Assembly: GCF_035084215.1 (NCBI RefSeq)
Contig: NC_090362.1
Coordinates: forward strand, 5,890,001 to 5,954,000
Source: Heptranchias perlo
Lineage: Eukaryota
Reading direction: 5' to 3'
Length of the DNA: 64,000 nt
Each line of letters opens with the position of its first letter. Positions within the stretch are counted from its first letter, which is position 1. The position numbers and the translations under genes are program-made. The notes below the pieces were generated by a model that was not told the origin of the DNA, made no database searches, and saw only the letters and a program-made list of their open reading frames with translations. Shown in pieces: positions 1 through 13,000 of this stretch.

Positions 1-344
1 CTCCCCCCACTCTTCCCCCCCCCCCCCCACCTTGCAGAGGATTAACATGGGAGACAATTTAAATGTTGCGTCACAAGATCACAATATCAATACCGTTGAG
101 AGAGTGTTAGCTCCACCCCCACGTGCCATCTAACTGGACCTTGGATAAATCGAAGGTCCCGCTCCTCATTACCTTACCAGCAACAACAGTCCCAGTGTTG
201 ATCAGTCTTTGTGTGAAGAAATTCTTCCCGATGTCTGTTCAAATTTCATTCCACCAGTGTTAGCTCAAACCCCTTGTTCTAGTATCTTGCATTACCTTCA
301 AGTGGATTCGATTTGCTGTATCCACACTGTTTAATATCATTTAT

Positions 345-1395
345 TTGATCATTCTTCAGTATGTGGGCGTCGCTGACAATTCCGGCATTTATTGCCCATC
401 CCTAGTTGCCCCTTGAAAAGGTGGTGATGGGACTTCTTCTTGAAATGCTGCAGTCCATGTGGTGAAGGTGTTCCCACAATGCTTTTAGGTCTGGAGTTCC
501 AGTATTTTGACTCAGGGACACTGAAGAAACTGCTGGTGTATGTCCAAGCCGGAATGCTTTGTGACTTGGATGGGAACTTGGAGGTGAAGGTTTTCCCACG
601 TACCTGCTGCCCTTGTCCATCTAGGTGCTGGAGGTCATGGGTTTAGGAAGTGTTGCCAAAGAAGCCTTGACGAGTTGTTTCAGTGCATCCTGTAGACAGT
701 ACACACTGCAGCCATGTGCGCCGGTGGTGGAGGGAGTGGATGTTTCAGGTGGTAGATGAATGGGCTGCCCATTAAGGGGACTGCTTTGTCCTGGATGGTG
801 TTGAGCTTCTTGAATGTTGTTGCAGCTGTACCCATCCAGGTAACTGGAGAGTATTCCATAACACTCCTGACATGTGCCTTGTAGGTGTTGGAGAAGCTTT
901 GGGGAGTCGGGAGGTGAGCCACTCGCTGCAGAATACCCAGCCTCTGACCTGCTCTAGTAGCCATATCATTTATGTGGCTTATCTAGTTGAGTTTCTGGTC
1001 AATGCTGACCCCACGCCCCCCAAGGATGTTGACGGTGCGGGATTTGGTGATGGTTATACCACTGAATGTCAAGGGGAGGTTGTTAGGCTCTCTCTTGAAG
1101 ATGGTCATTGCCTGGCAAATATGGGGTGCAAATGTTACTTGCCACTGATCAGCCCAAGCCTGGATGTTGTCCAGGTCTTGCTGCATGCAGGCATGGACTG
1201 CTTCATTATCTGAGGAATTGCGAATGGAACTGAACACTGAAAAAATCAGTGACCTTATGAAGGAGGAAAGGTCATTGATGAAGCAGCTGAAGATAATTGG
1301 GATTGGATGACGCATGAGGAACTACTGCAGCGATGTCCCCCTGGGGATGAGGTGTTGGCCTCCAAAATCATCCACAACCATCTTCCTTTATGCCT
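345..1395 (-). mobile_element. Degenerate non-LTR retrotransposon 3' fragment (CR1-superfamily-like RT C-terminus); copy at ~19745-20775
   Basis: MQQDLDNIQAWADQWQVTFAP..., IDQKLN, YKAHVRSVMEYSP. Related fragments at 1830-2150, 10690-11310, 16370-17290 (+) and 62905-63210. Confidence 0.8.
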
Positions 1396-3999
1396 GAAAA
1401 TCCACTTCATTGACCAAGCTTTTGGTCACACTTTCTATTACCTCTTTCTTTAGCTCAGATTCCAATGTTTGCTCACAGCTCTGTGGGACGGGCATGTTGG
1501 GAACAGTTTGGTTTTTGAACCAGTTCCTCTTTATCATCTTTTTACTTAGAAATCTTGAATCAGAGGAACAAATGAAAAAGAGGAAGTCTGCTTAATGTGA
1601 TCAACAGAAATCTAACTCGAGGTTTATTAGTTGCAGTTCCCCCACCCAAATAAAGGTCCCACCAGCCTAGAAATACCTGAAAACTGTTATTGCAGATCAC
1701 AATAAAAATGGGGCAATCATTAACCAGCAGCAATACCCAAGACAGAATCCATTTGTACATTCGGCTGAATCTCACACCCACTTCTACATCCAACGAGCTG
1801 TAAATAGCCGAGCCTTTTACACTTGCTTCACTTGAGAAGGTGGTGCTGGGCCTTCTTCTTGAACCGCTGCAGTCCGTGTGGTGAAGGTGCTCGCACAGAG
1901 CTATTAGGTCGGGAATTCCAGGATTTTGACCCAACAACAATGAAGGAGACGTGGCAATAGGAACAGTATGTGACTTGGAGGGGAGCTTAGAGATGATGGT
2001 GTTCCCAGGACATTGCTGCTCTTATCCATCTGGGTGGTAGAGGGAGGGAGTTACTGTAAATGGTACATACCGAAGCCATAGTGTGCCAGTGGTGGAGGGT
2101 TGGACATTGAGCCTGGTGACAGGGGCACCAATCAAGTGAACTGCTGGGTTCTGGATTGAGGAAGAGTCACAAGGGAAGAGATACTCACATCAAAGCTAGA
2201 ATACACAGTGAAGGAGAGGCCAGAAAGCAAAAGGTTGCACTGACTCTTTGGGTTTTGCAGTGTAAGTATAGAGTACTTGGATATATTTGTCTGAAGCAGA
2301 GAACACTGTCCAGGGAGAGTTTTGTTGGCTGGTCTATAATCAATTTGTAAATATAAAAGAGACACTGGAACGTCAGCATCATGGCAGCCATTTAAAAAGG
2401 GAATTCCCTGTTTTGGGGAGGGATCCAGGTGGGAGAGACCCACCCTGGGAGAGCTCAGTGTTAGTTATGGTATTTCTGCAGGATATTGAAATCAAATATT
2501 AATATTGCAGTGATTTTTTTTGTGACACAAATGATATCACCTCACATGTGCCTGTGAACAAAGAACAATTTCACGAGGTCGGTCTTTATTTTGTGCGATG
2601 GTGTAAAACGGGTGATAACGAATCGTCAGCCCGTTTTACATCAATCCCCATTTTTATTTCCATTGACTTCAAATCTGTCCTGAAGCAGTGTATCAATGGA
2701 AGGCAGGGAATGGTGGGGTCCACAATAACACATCAGGGGGAATTCACTGACCCTGCCCCTCTCCCCCGGCAGTGAGCTCTGCTTAAAGGAGACGCAATTG
2801 AGTTGGGCCCATTCCCTGACCCCTGCCCCATGTTTGAGCATGGCTGCCCACTGGTGAATTTACCAGTGAAGTCCTTTTATGTTACTCAATGGCCCCATGC
2901 ATTGTTCAACATTTCCAACATCAAAATATAAACTTCTAATTTCAATGTAGTTACACTGTTTTCTGCTTTGAAAAACACTGTTTAGAGACAGGCTGGGGGC
3001 AGACAATTAGTGACGAACTTTCCCTTACACCATCGTGAATTTCCACCTCAGTGTCCTCATTAATAGGGCCACTTGTCCCTCTCCCCCTCCCTCCCTCCTC
3101 ACTCTCCCCATTGCCTCCACCCGCCCCCACCTCCCCCGTGGGATGACGCCACGAGCACTGGGAACTCGAGCCAAATGACAATTCTTCATGTGTGAGTGTC
3201 GGCTGTGACTCTTTGCCCGCTGTCTGATCTTGAGACCATCACAACTGGGGGCCTGATCTTGTTCTCATCCAATAGCCACACATTTGTTACAGGATCCCTA
3301 GGGCACCAATCAGTGCTGGGATCCCTGGCCGAACTTTTTCTTCCCCAATCCTGGGGTACTGAGGCTGATTGTAGAGTCCCCGCTGAGATCAGTTCATTCA
3401 TCGAATTAGTTTGGCATAAAATTCCTGCTCGACAAATAACACTGCTCATCATTTGTTATATTTTTCAAACATTGTTTATTGAATGACTTCTAATCGCAAT
3501 AAAGCTGCATTTTGCTTATCACACACCAGCAATGCGTTGTTCTATCTGAACAGAGTCCAAGGGGGTGAAATTGGTCTTCGCCAGTAGCGCAAAACTCATA
3601 TTGAATCGACCGCCTGTTTCACACCGCGCCACAGTTACCTTTCCGTCAAAATTAAAACTGACGAAGACTGATTTCAGTCCCGAGCGTTGAGCTGTTACAT
3701 TCTTCAACTGCTGGTTCCCATCTCCCACATCCTGAGTCGGTGAGAGTGGAAACTCTCATTGAGTCTGTCGCCGTGTTTGTGTCGATCGCCACAAAACTTC
3801 CGACCAAAAGCCAAAGAGCTGCTGCCGGAAGTTTAATATCGTTTGCAGAACACTTTGAGAAGATTTATCCGCACACAATCCTGTGCTTCAAGGGGCTTCA
3901 ATGTTACAATCTGTGGAAACACATTTGCATTTCAGGGGGTCGGTTCCACATCTTTGCTCTGTGTGGTTTTCCTTCCCTAAAAATTAATGGATGGATTGA

Positions 4000-4398
4000 A
4001 AGAAGAAAGACTTGCATTTGTGTAGCGCCTTTCACAACCTCAGAACATCACAAAGCACTTTACAGCCAATGAAATACTTTTGAAGTGTAGTCACTGTTGT
4101 AATGTAGGAAAAGCAACAGCCAATTTGCACACAGCAAGATCCCACAAACATCAATGTGATAATCATCAGATAATCTGCTTTCAGCTGTTGGCTGAGGGAT
4201 AAATATTGGTCAGGGCACCAGGGAGAGGTCCCCTGCTCTTCTTCGATTAGTGCCATGGGATCTTTTACATCTACCTGAGAGGGCAGACGGGGCCTCGCTT
4301 TGACGTCTCGTCCAAAAGACAGCACCTCAGGCGGTGCAGCTCCCCCTCACTACTGCACTGGGAGTGTCAGCCTAGATTATGTGCTCAAATCTCTGGAT
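4000..4398 (-). mobile_element. Deu-domain tRNA-SINE (SacSINE1/AmnSINE-like), 5'-truncated; copy 23379-23777
   Basis: Reverse complement of the body and tail of the full-length copy at 56356-56793. Confidence 0.8.
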
Positions 4399-6467
4399 TG
4401 CCGTGTGGAGCGAGCGAAACTCTGCTCCCAAATTCCCGATACGTGTGAGGTTCCACAGAGGGAGCGTGAATCCATAAAGTCATCTCTACACGCTCCCACA
4501 TTCAGCACAGATCCCTGTATTCTGCTCCAACAACACACCTTGATCCCAGCTTCTGAAAAGATCCCCCTACAACACCAATGTGATTTTTTGTTTCCCACAC
4601 CAGCCATCATTACAATCAGCCTCTCCCCCTCCCGTTACTCCACACCATCCCGACTCACACTGGGAATTCAGTGGGGTGCTGAGCTTGTGCACTGTGAGGC
4701 CGTGTGTGAGAACTGGGCTGGGCTGGGCCTGGCCAAACTCATTGCAAGTCGCTATGCTGCAGGCAGTGGAGAGATGAGACTGTCATCCAGACATTCTGGA
4801 CTGGTTTCAAGCCCAGGTACCAGAGGTGAGACGGTATCATGCTAAAACTGCCCTCACTGTAGCACAGACTGGCACTCAGAGAGGTCACAAGGTCAGGTGG
4901 TACAGGAAAAGCAAAGGCTCACACTGGGGCCCTGCTCTGTGTTTGGGGTCAATCCACCTTGTTGATGCTGAGTGAAAGAAATTGGCTCTGTGCCAAACCT
5001 GTGCTGTACCTGACCTGGGACTTCGGAACGCTGGCACTTGGGCCTAGAATTGGATCACACCCGAGTTGGGGTGAGATCCGGGTGCAGCGCACACCACACA
5101 CGCCTAATGATCACGGCCACAGCAAATCGGTCCGCTGGCCTCACTTCTTTATTACCAGAGAGCTGCGGGACCCAGTCACAGCCACAGAGATAGCTCACTG
5201 ATCGTCAGGGAGGGAGCAAGATTGGCCGACTGGGACCTAAGGTGATTGCGGGGGTAGGGGGTTGGTGAGGCAATGGGGAGGGGACGAGCGGTGACTGGTA
5301 GAGGCTCGCGATATTAATGTGGGGTCGGGAGGAGTGTTCATGCTTCCTCCTGATTCACATTCAGGTAAGGATTTTATTCTAAACTTACCGTTTTGCTGGC
5401 GGCCTCCAGCGGTCCCTACAAGGAGCCCTGGTTAGGCCGCATGGAGATCTGGTAATCCTGAATTCAGCAGGCCTGAAGCCTGCAGCATTGAGGGCAAACC
5501 ATTCTATGGTTTGGGTCCAAAAACAAGCTGTAGGCCTCTTATTGGAATATTCAGGGGGCCTAACCCCCATTTCAGGCAGCAGCCATGGACGCCTCTACAG
5601 CGACCGAACCAAAATGGCGTCAGATGTGTTTCTGACGCTATTCGGGAATGGAGGGTTTGGCCCCCTAAATTGGACCTGTTTTGCACCCATTATTCACCCG
5701 CAAAACGGGTGCAACCAGGTCTGATTTCCCCCCCGGGGGTCTGCAGTGGGAACGTGTTCAATCCCTGGTGCTAACCGTGATGAGCATAAAGTATATATTG
5801 TTTTAATCTTGTGCCACAAGAGTTTAATAAAAGTTAACCGTTCCCCTTTCCCCTTTACTCGATTACGCTCAGGGATCCACTGTTTGAGCATAAATAGGAT
5901 TTTCTTCCATTTTTAACGGGTAAGGTTTCTGATCCTCTTCCACCGGGTGGGACTCTGTCACCCTGTCCCCAGGGATCACTGACCCCGGGCAGCCTATCAG
6001 AGAATAAGTGTGTTCATTGGACGAAGCAACGGGCTCCTCCTTACTGTCCTCTTTGGGCTGAGATTGGCCGTCTGGTTTGAGTTCAATTGCTGACGAGGTT
6101 TCAATCTGATGTCCATGGTCCGTGTGGTCTCTGCCTAGATATTAAGAGAGGAGATCACGTTTGATGGGTTTCACTTGCAGTCGGGGAGAAATAATGAAAG
6201 GGGATTGACTCGTTACATGAGATTAAGGTCCAGGAGCTTTATAACAGGCACAGTATTGGCTGAGAGGATTATACTGAAAGATTGCAACTACTTACATTTC
6301 ACTCCCTGGATTTCAGTTTCGCCTCCATCACTAGGAAAACAGAAAATTAAACATGTGAGGAATGAGAAACATAAGATTCAATCGATATTAAACAGCTGTA
6401 AGTGGGGACTGGATTAGATTACTTACTCCCCAGGGTCTGGACTTGTGTCCAGCCCAGACAGAAACTC

Positions 6468-7672
6468 TCCCTCTCTTTTTCTGTCTCTCTCTCTCTGCCT
6501 GTCTGTCGTTATCTCTGTCTCTGTCTCTCTGTCTCAGTCTCTGATGCTCTCTCTTTCTGTCTGTCTGTCTCCCTCTCTGTCTCTCTCTGTCCATCTCCCT
6601 GTCTCTCTCTCTTTCTGTCTGCCTATCTCCCTCACTCTGCCTACCTCTGTCGCTCTCCCTCTCTCTCTCTGTCTCTGTTGATCTCTCTGTCTGTCTGTCT
6701 CCCACTAAGTCTCTCTCTCACTCAGTCCCTCTCTCTCACTCTCTCATTTTCTGTCTGTCTATCTCTGCCTCTCTGTCTCTCTCTCTCTGTTTGTCTCTGT
6801 CTCTCTCTATGTGTCTGTGTTTCTCTCTGTCTGTCTGTCTCCATCTGTCTGTCTCTCTGTCTGTCTCTTTCTGTCTGTCTCTTGCTCTGTCTCTCTCCCC
6901 GTCAGTCTCTTTCACTCTGTCTGTCCCTCTCTCTGACTCTCTCTCTCCGTCTCTCTCCCTCTCGCTATCTCTCTCTCTCTGTCTCTCTCTCTGTCTCTGT
7001 GAACAATCCTCTCTGCAATGAGTTGCCACAGTACCAATCCAGTTCCTTGCCTAAAACTGCCCATAATTCGGGACAATTTAGGACTGAATTGATCGTTTTA
7101 TTCAGACAAGCTAAAATATTGATATGAGAAAAGTTTTTTGAACAAATAAGTTCCTTCAATCACAAGGAAAGGAGATATTCTGATGTTGGGATAAAGGAGC
7201 ACTATCAGGGCAGAGGGCAGAGTGCTTTACATGGCCTCTGGCCATTCTGTACCTGGCTTGGGACTGTTTGGTCGTGAGATTAGATGCAAAAACTGGAAAT
7301 GCTTTGGACTGGGTGATGCAATAGATTAGACCGTCCTTTCATATCTTCTTCTCAAAGCAAGTCCAGACTACTGAGAATAAAGGTCCTCTTTCTATCTCTC
7401 GCTGTCTCGCTCTCTCTGACTCTATCTCTTTGTCTGTCTCTGTATCTGTTTCTGTGTCTGCCTCTTTGCGTCTCTCTCTTTCTCTTTGTCTGTCTCCTCT
7501 CTCTGTGTCTCTCTCCATCTCTCCCTCTCGCTCTGTCACTCCCTCTCACTCTGTCTCTCTGTCCAAGTCTCTCTTCCTGTCTGTCTCTCTCTTCCTGTCT
7601 GTCTCTCTCTCTTCCTGTCTGTCTCTCTCGCTTCCTGTCTGTCTCTCTCTTCCTGTCTGTCTCTCTCTCTCT
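6468..7672. repeat. Two CT/CTGT low-complexity microsatellite tracts (6468-7000, 7388-7672); copies 25847-26473 and 26860-27142
   Basis: Polypyrimidine (ct)n/(ctgt)n sequence. Confidence 0.95.
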
Positions 7673-7734
7673 TAAGGGTCCTTGATGAAATGGGTTTGGT
7701 CATCTTGATTCAGTTTGTAGCTCATGTGGGCCCA

Positions 7735-9266
7735 CAGTACAAAATTATCCCTCAATGTTTACAATCATTTTCCAAACTTCACTGGATACAGGCTTAGTGC
7801 CGGAGGATTGGAGGACTGCTAATGTTGTACCGTTGTTTAAAAAGGGAGCGAAGGATAGACTGAGTAATTACAGGCCAGTCAGCCTAACCTCGGTGGTGGG
7901 GCAATTATTGGAATCAATTCTGAGGGACAGGATAAACTGTCACTTAGAAAGGCACGGATTAATCAAGGACAGTCAGCACGGATTTGTTAAGTGGAGGTCG
8001 TGTCTGACTAACTTGATTGAATTTTTCGAGGAGGTGACAAGGAGGATCAATGAGGGTAGCGCAATTGATGTAGTCTACATGGATTTTAGCAAGGCTTTTG
8101 ACAAGGTCCCACACGGCAGATTGGTCAAAAATGTAAAGGCCCATGGGATCCAAGGGAATGTGGCAAATTGGATCCAAAATTGGCTCAGTGGCAGAAAGCA
8201 AAGGGTAATGGTCGACGGGTGTTTTTGCGACTGGTAGGCTGTTTCCAGTGGGGTGCCGCAGGGCTCGGTACTAGTTCCTTTGCTTTTTGTGCTATGCATT
8301 AACAATTTAGACTTAAACGTAGGGGCATGATTAAGACATTTGTGGATGACACAAGATAGGCCGTGTGGTTGATAGTGAGGAGGAAAGCTGTAGACTGCAG
8401 CAAGATATCAACGGACTGGTCAGATGGGCAGAAAAGTGGCAAATGGAGTTCAATCCAGAGAAGTGTGAGGTAATGCATTTGGAGAGAGCAAAAAAGGCAA
8501 AAGAATACACAATAAATGGGAGGATACTGAGAGGTGCAGAGGAAATGAAGGACCTTGGAGTGCATGTCCACAGATCCCTGAAGTAGCAGGACACGTAGAT
8601 AAGGTGATTAAGGCGGCATATGGAATGCTTTCCTTTATTAGCCAAGGCATAGAATATAAAAGCAGGGATGTTATGCTCGAACTGTATAAAACACTAGTTA
8701 GGCCACAGCTTGAGTACTGCGCAAAGTTCTGGTCACCACATTACAGGAAGGATGTAACTGCACTTGAGAGGGTGCAGAGGAGATTTACGAGGATGTTGCC
8801 AGAACTGGAGAATTTTAGCTATGATGACAGATTGGATAGGCTGGGGTTGTTTTCCTTGGAACAGAGGAGGCTGAGGGGTGATTTAATTGAGGTGTACAAA
8901 ATTATGAGGGGCCTCGATCGACAGGATAGGAAGGACCTATTTCCCTTAGTGGAGGGGTCAATAACCAGGGGGCATAGATTTAAAGTGATTGGTAGAAGGA
9001 TTAGAGCGGAAATTAGGAAATTTTTTTTCACCCAGGGGGTGGTGGGGGTCTGGAACTCAATGCCCGAAAGGGTGGTAGAGGCAGAAACCCTCAACTCATT
9101 TAAAAAATACCTGGATGTGCACCTGAAGAGCCGTGACCCGCAGGGCTACGGACCAAATGCGGGAAAGTGGGATTAGGCTGGGTGGCTCGTTTGTCAGCCG
9201 GCGTGGACACGATGGGCCGAATGGCCTCCTTCTGTGCCATAAATTTTCGATGATTCTATGATTCTA
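7735..9266 (+). mobile_element. CR1/HER1-type LINE, 5'-truncated, disrupted RT; copy 27205-28736
   Basis: NYRPVSLTS, QHGF, YMDFSKAFDKVPH, GVPQGSV, RPQLEYC; 3' tail attctatgattct. Copy A has an extra TAG at 8235. Confidence 0.93.
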
Positions 9267-9569
9267 ATTGGCAATTTCATTCAAACAGCCCATGAGGTGT
9301 GAGAAGTGGAGATGTCCTTGCTCCCTCCTGAGTTTGGAGTTGAGGAGCATTGTTAGGACAGTCCTCAGGGAGCTTTACACTATGTCCAATCTGTGCAGTC
9401 CCTGACCTGGAGTGCTCGAAATGATACTGGGTGGCCAAAATGGAAAAGTAACTCATTTACCAGCACGGACTCCCCTCACCTTCATTACATTAACAATCTT
9501 CGAACCCTCCCTCCCAAAATAAACATTGTCAGTGTTGAACATTGCTGGGGTAACAGCTGTCAGCTCTTC

Positions 9570-10008
9570 TTACCCTTTGACCATTGGCTCTTTGATCACA
9601 CAGTACACGTGCTCTGTGGACACAGAGTTTCGGCCAGTGCTCTCCGATCCTTCACCTGGCCTTGTCTGGCCAGTTGGTGTTTGAACTCTCGTCACCGCGT
9701 ACGCTACAAGCTCGCTGTCATCTCTCTGGTCCCTTATGGGCACCACAGCAGGCGGGAAACCTGGACAGAAGGATGGGAACACGAAGTGTGCTTTTAGTTT
9801 CAAGTTACAAAGGGACACACTCGGAAGATCTGGGCAGTAATTCTGGATACTTACATTCAGCTTCCTGCATCAGCTGCACATCGCCGCCCCTACAGTTATT
9901 GGAGAAATGCAACAATGAAATGTTTCATTAAATGAGCAAAACTATACAGAAAGTCTGCACGAAAACTGAGTGAATCACATCCCTACCTCGGTCCTGGTGC
10001 TGAGAGCC
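9570..10008 (-). CDS. Copy A cytoplasmic exons (10008-9987, 9889-9855, 9760-9570) ending ...ELVAYAVT...TEHVYCVIKEPMVKG*
   Basis: The 22-nt and 35-nt exons restore frame (phase 1>2>1). The terminal exon coincides with ORF 9570..9818 after acceptor ccttctgtccAG. Confidence 0.78.
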
Positions 10009-13000
10009 CTTCACAATTCATGGGATAAGATCGGAAAGATAAATTTAAACATCATTGTAATGAGTCTGCATTTAAATACAATTTTCTGGTTTTAAATTGA
10101 ACATTTTAAAGCTCTCGCTTACCTTTCACAGATTGTCTGTTCCTTCTGATGATGCAAATTACCCCAACTATGCAAATGAGCACAACCGCGCACACGACAT
10201 ACACAAATTTGTCAGTGGCACCAGTGTAAGGATCTGCAGAGGAGAAGCAACATTATGTTCAGTCTGTGCAATCCCGTGTTTTGTGGGACAGCTGATTACA
10301 CTGGTTACCTGGGCTGAAGAACAAAGGTTAGAATAGGTTTCAGGTTAGAATCTGGAATAGTACAATGGCAAAAGAAGAAAATCAAACCAATTTATAATGG
10401 GTACAAACTGTACAACTGATCTAGAATCTCTCAGCTTGAATTATTACTACTTAAATGATCACATTATATTTTAGATTGTATCACTTATTTTCAGTATTTG
10501 TAGGGGTTATGCTGCTGGTCACTGCAGATGTTTGATGATGTTCTCCAGCGTCATTCTCTCTTAGAATTCTAGATGTTGAGGTGGAGGTGTCTGAAGATTC
10601 TGCACTCGGCTCTGTCACAGTAAGGGAGACATTTGCTGCTATCTTCCAGACACGATTCCCAGAACTAGATCCAGCAATGTCTCCTTCTCCATTGTTTCTT
10701 AACTCTAACCAAGGTGATGCTAATGCTATCAAATGGAGATTGCTGGGCTCCCTCTTGGAGATGGTCATTGTCTGGCACTTGTGTGGTGCAAATGTTACTT
10801 GCCACTTATCAGCCCAAGTCTGGATGTTGTCCAGGTCTTGCAGCATGCGGGCATGAACTGCTTCATTATCTGTGGAATTTTGAATGGAGCTAAACACTGA
10901 AAACATCACCGAGCAGCCCCATTTCTGACCTTATGATGGAGGGAGGGTCATTGATGAAACAGCTGAAGAGAGTTAGGACTCGGACGCTGCCATGAGGAAC
11001 TCCTGCAGCGATGTCCCCCTGGATACTGGTGGTGCCGGGCCTTTTTCTTGAACAGTGCAGTCCGTGTGGTGAAGGTGCTCCCACAGTTCTGTTATGTCGG
11101 GAATTCCAGGAATTTGACCCAATGACAATGAAGGATAAGTGGCAATAGGAACAGTATGTGACTTGGAGGGGAGCTTAGAGATGATCATGTTCCCAGGACA
11201 TTGCTGCTCTTATCCTTCTTGATGGTCGAGGGAGGGAGTTGCTGTAGATGGTACATACTGAAGCCATAGTGTGCCAGTGGTGGATTGGACATTGAGCCTG
11301 GTGACAGAGAGGGATCCAGGTGGGAGAGCCCCACCCTGGGAGAGCTCAGTGTTAGTTATGGCATTTCTGCAGGATATTGAAATCCAATATTAATATTGCA
11401 GTGATTTATTTTGTGACACAAATGATATCACCTCACTATGTGCCTGTGAACAAAGAACAATTTCACGAGGTCGGTCTTTATTTTGTGAGATGGTGTAAAA
11501 CAGGTGATAACGAATCGTCAGCCCGTTTTACATCAATCCCCATTTTTATTTCCATTGACTTCAAATCTGTCCTGAAGCAGTGTATCAATGGAAGGCAGGG
11601 AATGGTGGGGTCCACAATAACACATCAGGGGGAATTCACTGACCCTGCCCCTCTCCCCCGACAGTGAGCTCTGCTTAAAGTAGATGCAATTGATTTGGGC
11701 CCATTCCCTGACCCCTGCCCCATGTTTGAGCATGGCTGCCCACTGGTGAATTTACCAGTGATGTCCTTTTATGTTACTCAATGGCCCCATGCATTGTTCA
11801 ACATTTCCAACAGCAAAATATAAACTTCTAATTTCAATGTAGTCACACTGTTTTCTGCTTTTAAAAACACTGTTTAGAGACAGGCTGGGGGCAGACAATT
11901 AGTGACGAACTTTCCCTTACACCATCGTGAATTTCCACCTCAGCGTCCTCATTAATAGGGCCACCTGCCCCTCTCCCCCTCCCCCTTCTCCCCACAGCAA
12001 CCTCTCTCACTCTCCCCATTCCCCCTCACTCCCCTTCCTCCCCCTCTCTCCTCCAGGTTACCTGGGACGAAGAACAAACTTTACCGGTTAGAATCTGGAA
12101 TAGCACAATAACGAAGGAAAGAAATGGAACCAACTTATAATGGGTACAAACTGGTTTCTCTCAGCTTGAATTATTTATATTAAATGAGTCACATATTTTA
12201 GATTGTATCACTTACTTTCAGTATTTGCAGGGGTTATGCTGCTGTTCACTGAGGATATTCCAGATGTTGAGGTGGAGGTGTCTGAAGATTCTGCACTCGG
12301 CCCTGTCACAGCAAGGGAGACGTTTGCTGCAATCTTCCAGACAGGTTTCCCTGAATCCTGAACATGTACAACACAGAGATACCTCCCTATGTCTACCCTG
12401 TGAGCTGAGTGTATAGTAAGGTTGTGAGACTGGCTTCTATCAGTAGGATTGTGTGAGTTTTGGTTGGAAATTCGTTGTTCCGATTTTCTATCCACACAGC
12501 AGTGTGTGTTAGAATGTGAATTATAATCCTCAATGTGAACAGAATGCAGACACTTGCTGATGTTTCCAGATGTGATCCAAAACAGAGTGAAGGGCAGGCT
12601 TTTTCTATTCTCAAACTGACAGGGTAAAGTCACACTCTCTCCTTCTGACACTGTCATCAACATAGAGTTTTCTTTGGTGGGAAATATTTCATCTGAATCT
12701 ATAAACAACATTGAAAAAAATATTTGTTAATATAATAATCTCCCCTAATAATCTCCAGTGTGGTACTTTGTCAAAAGATTTCCTAAAGTCCATGTACACC
12801 ACATCCACTACACTTCACCATGTCTGATAGCTCCTCAAAGCTTGGTCAAGCATGTTCCTCTTGAAATCCGTGCTGGCTACTCCCCAATACCTCCCCTGTT
12901 ACCTCCCCTGATACCTTCCCCGATACCTCCCTGATACCTCTCCTGATAGCTCCCCTGTTACCTCCCCTGTACCTCCCCTGATACCTTCCCTGTACCTCCC

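Noticed and set aside
1500-1830. Possible TM exon of an activating paralog beside the orphan intron copy
   Set aside because: No frame gave a clean acceptor-TM-donor exon; candidate frames contain stops.
4300-4845. 181-aa ORF identical in both units
   Set aside because: It starts inside a SINE with a non-ATG codon, and its identity only reflects the near-identical duplicated block.
6388-7797. Ser/Leu- or Arg/Glu-rich ORFs
   Set aside because: Translations of CT/GA microsatellites.
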